A stretch of DNA of 64,000 nt. Origin: an uncultured virus (IMG/VR IMGVR_UViG_3300042016_000026). Taxonomy: Duplodnaviria; Heunggongvirae; Uroviricota; Caudoviricetes; Schitoviridae. Below the pieces are notes generated by a model that was not told the origin of the DNA, ran no database searches, and saw only the letters and a list, made by a program, of their open reading frames with translations. Made by a program: the position numbers and the translations under genes. Positions 37,794 through 47,028 of this stretch are shown piece by piece; the stretch's first letter is position 1; every line of letters begins with the position of its first letter. The stretch lies in the IMG/VR virus record IMGVR_UViG_3300042016_000026; one strand, 5' to 3'.

Positions 37794-38467
37794 ATTGCAT
37801 TCCTTCTGTTGGTGGGTGTTCTGGAAGTACATCTGCCGTCGCTTCCCATGGCAACACTCATTCAGAGTGGCAGATGTACCACCAGAACACCATCCAAGTG
37901 CAAACCTCTCCGAAGAGTCAGCTTGCGGGGATAATGTTCCGGGAAAGTTACCAACTTTCAAAGTTATAGGTTATTAGTCACAAACTTGCTCGTTTGTGCA
38001 TACCGGACTTCGGCGTTCGATATGTTGTGCTGTGCTTCGATAACCCCTTCCCATCAGCGGTAAGGGGAACGCAAATGCGGCTAACTTGCTCGCTCGCGTA
38101 CCACATTTCAATAGATGAATACTTGGGGCTTACTCGCCCCATGTTTCCTGATTTGTCAGTTAACAATGCCCTAGGAGGCATTGGGGAACACTTTACTCAG
38201 CCGGCTGCGCTACATCGCCAGCCTCCTGCCAACGGCCGGAGTATTCGCAAAGTGTTCCCCAATACCACCTCTACACTTGCCATGTGCAAGCACATCACAG
38301 TTACAGAGGGATATTGGGTTCGATCTTATGTTCGAACAGACATACCGACTATATGCCAGTCGGGTCAGCAGCCCCTGCCCGGGGTCAGGGTTTAAGAGGC
38401 ACCTCAGCATTGTTTCTGTACCTGCTGTAGCTAACAGCGTTTCTGTGTCCAGAAGAGGTGCCAATTA

Positions 38468-38541
38468 GGTGGAGTAGGTTGGATTCGAACCAACGACAGC
38501 GGGACTTGCAATCCCTGCTCTGCCATCTGAGCATCTACCCC
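38468..38541 (-). tRNA. tRNA-Cys(GCA)-like gene, atypical or degenerate
   Basis: Acceptor GGGGTAG/CTACTCC, D arm GCTC/GAGC, anticodon loop TTGCAAG, T arm GTTGG-TTCGAAT-CCAAC. Confidence 0.75.
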
Positions 38542-38731
38542 ATAATTCCGGCTCGTTGTTTTTCAAGCATGACACGGCGCAAACGCCGAGTATTACTCGC
38601 CAACTTCAGTTGGTTTTGCTGTTCAGTACCGATCACAGCATTATCGCCCTTGGTTGCGGAAGCGCAGATGACACAGTCCCCTTCCGGCATTTTTACCGAG
38701 TGTTGATGCTCACTCTATTTTTTTAACTGGT

Positions 38732-38935
38732 TTAATCCAGTTCTGATCGCATCTCGCTTCTAGGAGCCCAACCGTTGCTGGTTTTCACCAAACAGCCGAT
38801 TGAGCCGCTGAAGCGCACATTGCGTTCAGTTTGGTAGCCGTACCACGCACACTTGCTCCAGCCGATCCCGTAGCCGATGGCCACGATAACGAGTACCAGA
38901 ATAAGGATGGGCAGTACGACTTTTCCGTTACGCAC
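38732..38935 (-). CDS. Small membrane protein
   Basis: N-terminal TM segment and two Cys. Confidence 0.7.
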   Translation of the reverse strand: MRNGKVVLPILILVLVIVAIGYGIGWSKCAWYGYQTERNVRFSGSIGCLVKTSNGWAPRSEMRSELD

Positions 38936-39382
38936 TTAGGCGCCTTTGCGGATTTCGAAGTGCTCTTCGCTCAGGCGGAAGCCCAGCTCACGCGCCACTT
39001 CTTCGATCACCTTGCGCTCGGCCGGCTCGATTTCACCGTCCGACTTTGCGATAGCCAGGATGTTGAGGACCACGTCTTCGACGTGTTCATCGTTGCCCTG
39101 GATGTCGCGCAGCTCACGTAGGATTTTGCTACGGCCGACCAGGAAGTCGCCATCCAGCAGATCGCTGAAACGACGAATGGTCTTGCCGATTTCGGCGCCG
39201 AAGTGCTTCAGGTTTTCGTTACCGGCGATGAGCTTTTCGAGCTTGTTCAGCTCGTCCTTCTCGATGTCACCATCAGCAGCGGCGACCAGCAGGCCACCGC
39301 CAACGATGGCTTCCATCAGGTCACGGTTTTCAACTTTCTTGGCGCCACGGAACAGCTTGCCAGCGAATTTACCGAACATCAT
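38936..39382 (-). CDS. terB: TerB-family protein
   Basis: Duplicated motifs VAAADGDIEKDE and IAKSDGEIEPAERKVI. Confidence 0.88.
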   Translation of the reverse strand: MMFGKFAGKLFRGAKKVENRDLMEAIVGGGLLVAAADGDIEKDELNKLEKLIAGNENLKHFGAEIGKTIRRFSDLLDGDFLVGRSKILRELRDIQGNDEHVEDVVLNILAIAKSDGEIEPAERKVIEEVARELGFRLSEEHFEIRKGA

Positions 39383-39849
39383 TCATTCCTTATGAAAGCA
39401 TCCCGTTCGGCTAAAAGCCGGGTCGGGGCTGCATCAATTCTGGTGCGCATGTCTTGGGCACGGGCTACGCCCGCTTCCCATTCTGTGCGATTGAAGTCGT
39501 CACCTATATTAAAGGCGTTGACCAGTTGTGACGGGTTCGGGTGGGCAAGTGCCTGCTCCAAACCAAGGTTGTAAGCTGCGGTTGTCGCCGACGGTACTGG
39601 CTCCGGTGAAGTGCCGGTCAGTTCGTACTGGGTCATGAAGCCCACATAGGCGACATTGACCAACACAGCCCCTTCACCCAACTTGCGCTGCTCTTTAGCG
39701 GCGGTCAGTTGAGGGATGGTGAGGCTGCGCTTGTCGGACCAGACGTACGCACTGGCCGGCATATAAGAGCCGACCTGAGGGACAGACCACACCGCAAGGT
39801 ACCAATGGCGCTTGCGGGCACTCGGGTCTTGTGACGGGTGCTGATACAT
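39379..39849 (-). CDS. Hypothetical protein
   Basis: 156 aa with GAGG SD. Confidence 0.7.
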   Translation of the reverse strand: MYQHPSQDPSARKRHWYLAVWSVPQVGSYMPASAYVWSDKRSLTIPQLTAAKEQRKLGEGAVLVNVAYVGFMTQYELTGTSPEPVPSATTAAYNLGLEQALAHPNPSQLVNAFNIGDDFNRTEWEAGVARAQDMRTRIDAAPTRLLAERDAFIRNE

Positions 39850-39891
39850 GTTCTACCTCTGGTTTGCCCCAGTTGCCTGGGGCGTGCAGGA

Positions 39892-40263
39892 TCAGTCGAA
39901 CAGGTTGTCGTCGTCACCACCGCCAGCGGTTTCCAGCTCCGGCACTTCAGCCGTGGTAGTCACAGGTGCTTCCGCTTCGGCAACCGGCGCAGTTGCGGCG
40001 ACAGCCTCGACTGGTGCAGTGGCCTGGGTCTGTGCAACCGAGGCAGAGCCAGTCTCGGTCGGGGTCACGGCGGATTGCTTTGGGGCTTCAGCCACCACCA
40101 CAACCGGTGCTTCGGTGTCCAGCACGCAGGTCAGTTCTTTGGTGCCGCGCTTGAAAGCGAACTCGGCGGTGACAACGTTCGGATCGAACGCGGTCATGCC
40201 TTGAGCTTGCAGGTAAGCGCACAGTGCTTTGGTAACGTCGTTATGAGTCAGAGTCAGTTGCAT
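39892..40263 (-). CDS. Conserved N4-like hypothetical protein with low-complexity tail
   Basis: MQLTLTHNDVTKAL..Y N-terminus; ends DDDNLFD. Confidence 0.75.
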   Translation of the reverse strand: MQLTLTHNDVTKALCAYLQAQGMTAFDPNVVTAEFAFKRGTKELTCVLDTEAPVVVVAEAPKQSAVTPTETGSASVAQTQATAPVEAVAATAPVAEAEAPVTTTAEVPELETAGGGDDDNLFD

Positions 40264-40823
40264 GTTTGCGTTCCTTTATGGAATTGAATGAGTTGTTTGT
40301 ACTGATTCGTCAATAAACCAGCATAGATCGCGCCCACGGCATCAGCCATGTGCTCAGCGTCACCCAAATGGATGTCGCCATTGGACTTGCGCGGCCAAGG
40401 CGCTTCCGGGTGTTGCTTCACTGCCCAGTCGATCATTTGCTTCTTGGTAGCCGTGCGGCTGCCATGAGCGGCAAGCTTGACCTCATTGGGCGTTACTTCA
40501 ATGAATTGCGCGGAGGCGCGGAGGCTTCCCAGTATTCCAATACAGATCCCAGAACAGAGAGAGGCTCGGGCGCTTTGACTGCCTTGCGGAATCTCGGCGA
40601 AGATCAAGTTCGCAGCCAGGAAAGGCATCACGCCCTCATATAGCTGGTTTGCCGTGCTCAAGTCTTTGGAGTTCTGGCGGACCTGTTTGCCCTCGGGTGG
40701 ATTGCTACGCACAACCCGCAGGGATTTGATGGTCAGCACTCCGGTGTCGATATCGATCGATCCCCCGGCAATTCCCCAGTTACGCGAGGATGGGTCCATG
40801 CCCGCGATACTGAGGCGAGCCAT
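40254..40823 (-). CDS. RuvC-like Holliday junction resolvase
   Basis: IAGMDPSSRNWG, FAEIP, EVTPNEVK, EHMADA. Confidence 0.82.
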   Translation of the reverse strand: MARLSIAGMDPSSRNWGIAGGSIDIDTGVLTIKSLRVVRSNPPEGKQVRQNSKDLSTANQLYEGVMPFLAANLIFAEIPQGSQSARASLCSGICIGILGSLRASAQFIEVTPNEVKLAAHGSRTATKKQMIDWAVKQHPEAPWPRKSNGDIHLGDAEHMADAVGAIYAGLLTNQYKQLIQFHKGTQTCN

Positions 40824-41374
40824 TACACGCCAGCGCGTGAAAGGCGACGCTGAAGCACGGCAACATAGTCTTTCATCAAGCCATGTTGCTCACGCAGGTC
40901 AGCGATCTCGTCCACCGACATATTGAGTGAATCGAGGACACCAGCATCCAACTTCACAAGGAATTCGGAAAGACCCATCAGACGAGCGGCAACCTGATAC
41001 ATCTCGGTGATAACACGCTGCACATGGTCAGGAAGCTCACGCTGTTCCTGAGTCAGTGGGCGATTACCGCGGTGGATGTCTTCAGCCAGCATAAAGCCGG
41101 CCAGCGGCCAGATTTGGCTGCGGGCATCTTCGTAAGCCTTCTGCTTGGCAATGCCTTCGTCGTAGTTCTCACGAGAGACACTGCCGAGGTTCTTGCCCAG
41201 CAGTTTGATGCCATTGTGCAAAGTGATACTGCACAACATGCCAAGGTCGTCGATCTTGATCAGCTCTTGTGAGGCGATCATTGCATCGATAGCGGCCGGC
41301 GTAACACGCGGGGCTTCAGTGAGGCCTTTGGCTTGAATCACGGATTCCAGCGCTTGTTCAGCGGGTGTAGACAT
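40823..41374 (-). CDS. Phage Gp49/66-like domain fused to a helical hairpin domain
   Basis: APRVTPAAID...CSITLHNG...SVSRENYDEGI...A...IWPLAGFML, then QRVITE...L..FL...L.EQ...M..Y..VL.RR. Confidence 0.65.
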   Translation of the reverse strand: MSTPAEQALESVIQAKGLTEAPRVTPAAIDAMIASQELIKIDDLGMLCSITLHNGIKLLGKNLGSVSRENYDEGIAKQKAYEDARSQIWPLAGFMLAEDIHRGNRPLTQEQRELPDHVQRVITEMYQVAARLMGLSEFLVKLDAGVLDSLNMSVDEIADLREQHGLMKDYVAVLQRRLSRAGV

Positions 41375-41418
41375 GGACAGCTCCTAAAAGGGGCCGGTTA
41401 CCCGACCCATGGTGGTGT

Positions 41419-42201
41419 TCAGTCGAACAGCGAATCGACTTCGGCGCCGGAAGCGTCGGTCGGGGTACCAGCAGGACCGGCACCGCCAGCTTCTGGGACC
41501 AGATTTTCCTTCTTGACCTTGTCGATGACCTTACCGGCGTTGGCTTCGAGCCATTTCGGGTAGAAGTCAGCAACCGGAGTGGAACCGGACTGCTTGGCTG
41601 CACGCAGCTCAGCAATGGTGCACTTGTTGTCAGGGTAGAAGATTTTGCCGATTTCGTTGGTGAAACGGGTGATCGGTGCGCCAGTTGCGTCACAAACCGG
41701 CAGGTAGTCGTTGCCTACCTTTTTGGTTTTGTTTTCTTCGACCTTCAGCAGACCGAGGATGAACTTCTTGCCGATCAGCTCGACGGCCATTGGCACTTCA
41801 GTCGGCACGTCGGTTTTGGTGTCGAAGTTGCGCAGCTTGACGATTTTGGTTTCGAAGGTCAGCGCGTTCAGCTCTTTCTTGGCGCAGAACATCGCGATGG
41901 CGTTCATGTTGTTGAAGCCAGGCAGGTAGGACTTCTTGCCGTCACGTTCGTAGTACGGCTTGTTGCCTTTGGCATCGCCCGAGGTAACCCACTCGGTGAA
42001 CTTGAACTTGCGACCGTCCGGACCTTGAACTTCAAGGTTCATGGAACCGGCACCACCTTTGGACTTGCCTGCATAGGCAGACAGCACGGTGACTTCGTAG
42101 GCGTTGGAATCCCAGACGAAGCTGCCGCCCAAGCGGTCGCTGTCAGTTTCGATGGATTCGTTGGTGGTGTTAGCGGTGTTGGCAAAAGGGTTGAGGCTCA
42201 T
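41419..42201 (-). CDS. ssb: Single-stranded DNA-binding protein (N4 gp45-like)
   Basis: DRLGG, AYAGKSKGGA, WVTSG...YY..DG...YLPGF; acidic C-terminal tail. Confidence 0.85.
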   Translation of the reverse strand: MSLNPFANTANTTNESIETDSDRLGGSFVWDSNAYEVTVLSAYAGKSKGGAGSMNLEVQGPDGRKFKFTEWVTSGDAKGNKPYYERDGKKSYLPGFNNMNAIAMFCAKKELNALTFETKIVKLRNFDTKTDVPTEVPMAVELIGKKFILGLLKVEENKTKKVGNDYLPVCDATGAPITRFTNEIGKIFYPDNKCTIAELRAAKQSGSTPVADFYPKWLEANAGKVIDKVKKENLVPEAGGAGPAGTPTDASGAEVDSLFD

Positions 42202-42263
42202 GGTGTTGCTCCAAAATTATGAGAAGGAAATTCACAACAGCCCACGGAGGGGGCCACAGTTAC

Positions 42264-42977
42264 TCAGTTATAGTAGGAATCGAGACGGTCGATGACCATC
42301 TGGATGTCGTTGTCGATAAACGTTTCGTTGTCGCCCCAGAGCATCATCGGGCCACGGATACGGGTGTTGATCGTGTCCTTGGTGACCTGAGTCTGGAAGA
42401 CGTGTTTGAAGCCGACGACTTTCTCGCGGTCGGTGATCTTCAGCAGGTCGTTCTCTTCGGTGAGGTCGTCCAACTTGATCTTCTGGCACATCAGCACCAT
42501 GGAGAAGTAGGCTTCGATGCCTTGGTTCTTCAGGGAGCCGGCGACCGGGATCGCGGTTTCCATGACCATGGCGGTTTCGTTGTACACGTCGAGGACGTGA
42601 GCCAGGAAGATGACCTTCTTGGAGGACTTGGCGACATCGACCTGCATGGTCGAGCGGAAGAATTCAGCGAAGTTGCCCCACGCGGCACGGCCGTCAACGG
42701 CGGTGCGAACGTACTGGCTGATGTACATATCAAGCCAGAAGGTCAAGGTATCAACGATGATGACCTTGATGTGGTCCTGTTTCTCAGCCCACGCGAAAGC
42801 TTCTTTCACTTGGTTTGGGTTGGTCACCGTTTTCTGGGTGAACTTCGCCGGGAAAGGCAGTCGCTTGCCCGCTTCACAGTTCAAATACAGAACCGACTCG
42901 GGATCGCGTAAATTGCGCAGGGAAGCAGACTTGCCGCTACCCGACTTGCCGCAAATGAGCGCCAAATGTTCGTTCAT
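42264..42977 (-). CDS. AAA ATPase (N4 gp44 / Sak4-like)
   Basis: GKSGSGKS Walker A, IIVDT Walker B. Confidence 0.85.
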   Translation of the reverse strand: MNEHLALICGKSGSGKSASLRNLRDPESVLYLNCEAGKRLPFPAKFTQKTVTNPNQVKEAFAWAEKQDHIKVIIVDTLTFWLDMYISQYVRTAVDGRAAWGNFAEFFRSTMQVDVAKSSKKVIFLAHVLDVYNETAMVMETAIPVAGSLKNQGIEAYFSMVLMCQKIKLDDLTEENDLLKITDREKVVGFKHVFQTQVTKDTINTRIRGPMMLWGDNETFIDNDIQMVIDRLDSYYN

Positions 42978-43001
42978 AGGAATACTCCTGAATGAGATCA
43001 C

Positions 43002-43020
43002 AAAAGCCCCGGGACGGGGC
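43002..43020 (-). terminator. Intrinsic terminator
   Basis: GCCCCG-TCC-CGGGGC-TTTT on the minus strand. Confidence 0.6.
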
Positions 43021-43031
43021 CAGTGTGAAGG

Positions 43032-45188
43032 TTAAGGACGGGCTGCCAGCTCTTTGCCGACAGTGACCATGATAGAGCCCAGGATCTCGGCTTCGGACAG
43101 CTTGTCGGCCAACTTATCGTTGAGCGACGTGACGCAGTCCTTGATCTCCGCCCAGTTCTTCCCGGCTTCGATCAACAGACGGGCATAGCGGTGCAGCATG
43201 ACATTACGGTTGCCGTCACCCGTGTTGTTGATGATCCAGCGCTCGAGATTGTCCATTTGCTGCTGGGAGCCCAGCCGCTGAAGACGTTCTTCGTTCTTAC
43301 TGGTTTTCGGGATGAAGGGCAGGACATCAAACAGCTCGCCCTCGGTTTGCTCAAAGTGAGCGCCATGCGACATCCACTTCTTGCTCCGGTGAGTACAGGA
43401 CTCATCCACTTCGAACGGCAGGGATTCCAGCACGTTCTTCATGAATTCCTTGTATTCCTTCGCGTCCATTTGCAGGACGTAGTTCGTTGGAAGAACAATA
43501 CGGAACCGGTTTGCATCGTCGGTGTGACGCTTGGTCGTGTAGTAGATCGCCGAATAATCTTTCATCAGCATCTTCGCCGTGGACAAGTTCATCGTCCCGT
43601 CGATATCCAACACGATCATGTTGAAGCCGGGGATACAGGTATCCTCGGTACGATGGCCGCCGTGAACATGGTGATTAAGCCAGTGCAGGTCAGTTCCTGT
43701 GACAAGACGTTCCAGTTGAGTCCATGGGGCAGTCTTGTTTGCGTAACCATGCGCCGGGTGTTCACCGGCACCGCCACGGGCATACGACACCACCATCTTG
43801 GTCAGGTCAGTGACCTTCAGCTTCTCGCCGCGCAGGAACTCAATCCCGTCGGTGAAAGCTTTCTTGATGATGACGTTGTTCTTGTAGCCCCAGGCGATTG
43901 CCATCTTGACCATGTCGGCCCGCGATGCCTGACTGCCCTTGTAATAGGGCAAGTCTTGCATCAGGTCCGGTTCGGTCACTTCCGTGCCACAGTTGCCCAG
44001 GTAGTTCGCCAGCTTAACGTATGGGCGTTCACGAGACAGCAGAAGCTCGAAGGCCTTACCGCTTTCTTCAGCCAGTCGAACTGCTTGGTAGAAATGCGTC
44101 TCCGTCAGCTCCGGGGAGCCGTCGATGAATGCATAGGCACCAGCAGCCTTCAGGGCTTTGAAATATCGGTGAGAAATTTCCGCTTTGCGTTGTTCTTCGT
44201 GTTCGGGCAGGGCATCGGCTAAACGCTCGCAGTCGATCTTGTACTGGATCACCAGCAAGCTGGTTTCCTTGGTCATGGTCAACACAGTGTTCATGTTGTG
44301 CGAATCAGCCAAGTAACCCAGTTTTTCGCTGAAGTTTTCCACGAACGTGGACGAAACCTTGTTCGTCATGCGGTCGTAGATTTCTTCAGCCGACAGGGTC
44401 AGATCGCGGGTGCTTTCTTTGCCATAGCTGAAGAAACAGCGGCGAGCGTAGCCGGTATCGAGCAATGAGATCAGCTCGTCTTCCGTCTTGCCACCATCGA
44501 GCAATTTAGATGGTGTGCCGAACATCATGAGGTTCGTCGGCGTGTTGCCGTCGATTTCCTCGTGACGGACGTTCTCGGCAGTCACTTTGGTGATCTTCTG
44601 GCGAATGCCGCCCATATCGAACAATTCCAGCAGTGTTGTGAGCACTTCGGAACTGGACGACAGGTTGGAACCGATTTCGTCGATGATCAGGTTGACTGCG
44701 CCCGCATCTGCGAGCAACAGCTTGTGACGCATCTGCTTTACCGCAGCCGGGGTACCGGAGTCGAAGCTATAAACCAGAGGACCAAGGGAAGCGAACTCCT
44801 TCTTGATTTTCTCCAGTTCGAAGTCGTATTCCGTCGAATCCCGGGACGAGCGCCGCAGCGCCAGCTTTTCGAGGTTCGGTTCAGCAGTGAACGGGAAGTT
44901 TTCGAGGAAACGGGTACGGAATTGGTTTGTGATCTCCTTTTCCAGAATGTTCGTCGAGAAGCCTTTACCGGCACCGGATGTGGCGAGGTTCAGCGCGTAC
45001 ATGTTGACCGGGATGTCACCCCGATCATGGGTGCGGATCAATACCCGCATCTGTGAGGCAATCATGCACAGGTGGAACGTCGTCAACACGCGGAAGAACA
45101 AATGGTTCGAACTCTGTGTCTTTTCACACAGAATGCGCACCACGTCCTCCACTTCGGGGTTATACGACATGTCTTCGACAGCTTTCAT
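43032..45188 (-). CDS. DNA primase (N4 gp43-like)
   Basis: SGAGKG P-loop; VLDIDG, YTTKRH, RFRIVLP primase-polymerase motifs; GNRN C-terminal domain. Confidence 0.85.
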   Translation of the reverse strand: MKAVEDMSYNPEVEDVVRILCEKTQSSNHLFFRVLTTFHLCMIASQMRVLIRTHDRGDIPVNMYALNLATSGAGKGFSTNILEKEITNQFRTRFLENFPFTAEPNLEKLALRRSSRDSTEYDFELEKIKKEFASLGPLVYSFDSGTPAAVKQMRHKLLLADAGAVNLIIDEIGSNLSSSSEVLTTLLELFDMGGIRQKITKVTAENVRHEEIDGNTPTNLMMFGTPSKLLDGGKTEDELISLLDTGYARRCFFSYGKESTRDLTLSAEEIYDRMTNKVSSTFVENFSEKLGYLADSHNMNTVLTMTKETSLLVIQYKIDCERLADALPEHEEQRKAEISHRYFKALKAAGAYAFIDGSPELTETHFYQAVRLAEESGKAFELLLSRERPYVKLANYLGNCGTEVTEPDLMQDLPYYKGSQASRADMVKMAIAWGYKNNVIIKKAFTDGIEFLRGEKLKVTDLTKMVVSYARGGAGEHPAHGYANKTAPWTQLERLVTGTDLHWLNHHVHGGHRTEDTCIPGFNMIVLDIDGTMNLSTAKMLMKDYSAIYYTTKRHTDDANRFRIVLPTNYVLQMDAKEYKEFMKNVLESLPFEVDESCTHRSKKWMSHGAHFEQTEGELFDVLPFIPKTSKNEERLQRLGSQQQMDNLERWIINNTGDGNRNVMLHRYARLLIEAGKNWAEIKDCVTSLNDKLADKLSEAEILGSIMVTVGKELAARP

Positions 45189-45206
45189 TGATTTCTCCGT
45201 GTTTGG

Positions 45207-46190
45207 CTACAGGACCAGATCGCCGCACGCAATGAGCGCGTCTTTCTGTTTGCACGCGAGGAAGCCCGCGCAATATTTGCATCCTGTGACACCGCCGCGT
45301 TTGGTGACTACGACGCCACCCTTTGTGGCGACAAGAAGATCAGCATCGGCTTTGTTGTCAAAGTTTTTGGTAGATCGGGCACCGGGTTCGTGTGCTTTCT
45401 CCGGTTTGGCGAAATAACGATAGGTGTCCGGCTTTCTCCACAGATCCTTGTCGGAACAGGGAGGCATATCTTCTTCTGGCGCATGCTCAAGGTCAATGAG
45501 CTGCTGAACCTTGCCTTCGACGTAGACTTGCGTCTCTTCGAGCGACAGGAGCTGCAACTTGCGCGTATGCATGCGCGCTGGTGGGTAATTGTCCGGGTTC
45601 ATGTTGCGATCCCGGCCATTCCAGTCAGTGAACTGGAAGGTGAGGTTCATCCAGTCTTTCGTTACCAATTCTGGGTTGAGCCAGCGGTACATGCTGCCTT
45701 GCAGGACGTAATTCTCGAAGTCTGCGTTGAGGTACTTCCATACCGACGTATTCTTCAAATCCTCGACGGCACCGTCACCGATGAAGTCAAACTTCCCGGA
45801 TACGGTGATACCGAGCACGTCCTTCTTGCTGCGGATCTCGGTGTAGACCGGAATGATGCCACCTGCTGCAACTTCTTCCGCCGTCGGGTTAACCCGGACC
45901 TTGCGCGCTACGCCGGGTGGGTTACCCAGGGCAATCAAGGTATCGACCAGCTTGGGCGACTTCCACGCTGCCTCGAAGGCGTCATGGATCGCGGTGCCGT
46001 TACTGCTCGGGATCATGTCGGCAACGTCCTGAGACAGCATCCCAGGCGGTACACGGCGGGCCAGGATCACTTGCTTCACTGGTTTCAGCAGTGTGGTGAC
46101 CGACAGGCCGGCTTCTTCCCGGTCGTACGTCTCATGCGCAAGGTAAACCTGTGCGAAGAGCGACAAACCAGTGTTGTTGGTGAATTTCAT
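45207..46190 (-). CDS. PD-(D/E)xK exonuclease (N4 gp42-like)
   Basis: GTAIH, SGKFD, EDLKNTS, QGSMY and C-terminal Cys cluster. Confidence 0.8.
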   Translation of the reverse strand: MKFTNNTGLSLFAQVYLAHETYDREEAGLSVTTLLKPVKQVILARRVPPGMLSQDVADMIPSSNGTAIHDAFEAAWKSPKLVDTLIALGNPPGVARKVRVNPTAEEVAAGGIIPVYTEIRSKKDVLGITVSGKFDFIGDGAVEDLKNTSVWKYLNADFENYVLQGSMYRWLNPELVTKDWMNLTFQFTDWNGRDRNMNPDNYPPARMHTRKLQLLSLEETQVYVEGKVQQLIDLEHAPEEDMPPCSDKDLWRKPDTYRYFAKPEKAHEPGARSTKNFDNKADADLLVATKGGVVVTKRGGVTGCKYCAGFLACKQKDALIACGDLVL

Positions 46191-46570
46191 GCTTGATGCT
46201 CCGGTTGTTCGGCCAGCCACGCCCCAAGGGTGCGGTGGGCTTCTTTGAGGTCGTGGTAGACGGATTTGCCGCCAGTGCGACAGCCAGGCACCAGAAGCTT
46301 CTTGCGTGCGTGATACAGGCGCGAGGACGGCAGTGGGAATAGATCATCCACCCGATAGGTGTCGATGGCCCGCCAATGCGCTGGCAGAGGCTTCCAGTAA
46401 GCCGGGAAGTCCGCAGCCAGTTGCTCAGCTTCGGTATCGTTGACCACTGGTGTAAGCGACTCATTGAGCAGAGTGAACAGAGGCTCAGACAAATGTGATT
46501 GGCCCATATTGCTCAGCTTGTTCGCTGCGCCTAACAGCAAATCGTGTGGGACGGTAACGGGGTTATTCAT
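46187..46570 (-). CDS. Hypothetical protein (DUF3310-like C-terminus)
   Basis: IDTYRV...HARKKLL..G.R...K...DLKEA. Confidence 0.6.
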   Translation of the reverse strand: MNNPVTVPHDLLLGAANKLSNMGQSHLSEPLFTLLNESLTPVVNDTEAEQLAADFPAYWKPLPAHWRAIDTYRVDDLFPLPSSRLYHARKKLLVPGCRTGGKSVYHDLKEAHRTLGAWLAEQPEHQA

Positions 46571-47028
46571 GCTGCATCCTTCTGTTGTTTAAGTCGCTGG
46601 CGTAGTTCGGCCAGTGTTGGGGTATGACGCACCAGTACGCGAGGCGTCAGGTGCTTTGTCATGCGGATAATGACCAGCTTGGCTGCGGCCATGTACCGGC
46701 GAGCTTGGCGGTCAGACAGGTTCAACACACAAGCCAGATGCTCACTGGAAATGTTCTCCATGTACGAGAGCACTGCGAATAGACGTGTCGGTGACAAGTT
46801 ACCGCCTGAGCCGTGATCCAGCGTGCAGACCCCCGTGATGATGTTGTCGATCAGCACGTTCTCGTTTGCGTAGCGGAAGAAGGCGAAGCGTTGGTGGTGT
46901 GGGTTATGCAAGAAGCGCACACGGTTGGAGCTGGGGGGCATGTCACGGTGTAGGTGCATGTTCACGCGATCCGTTCCAGATTGGCCCAATGACGCGACCA
47001 GCGTTGGGTAGCTTTCCTGCAAAATCAT
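46567..47028 (-). CDS. Hypothetical protein with possible HTH
   Basis: SSEHLACVLNLSDRQARRYM. Confidence 0.6.
   Translation of the reverse strand: MILQESYPTLVASLGQSGTDRVNMHLHRDMPPSSNRVRFLHNPHHQRFAFFRYANENVLIDNIITGVCTLDHGSGGNLSPTRLFAVLSYMENISSEHLACVLNLSDRQARRYMAAAKLVIIRMTKHLTPRVLVRHTPTLAELRQRLKQQKDAA

Noticed and set aside
37794..37961. N-terminal extension of the 37443 ORF to 172 aa
   Set aside because: Better SD and start at 37793; the extension lies in the structured non-coding region
38535..38690. 51-aa CxxC ORF running into the tRNA 5' end
   Set aside because: Weak SD and overlaps the tRNA; may be leader sequence
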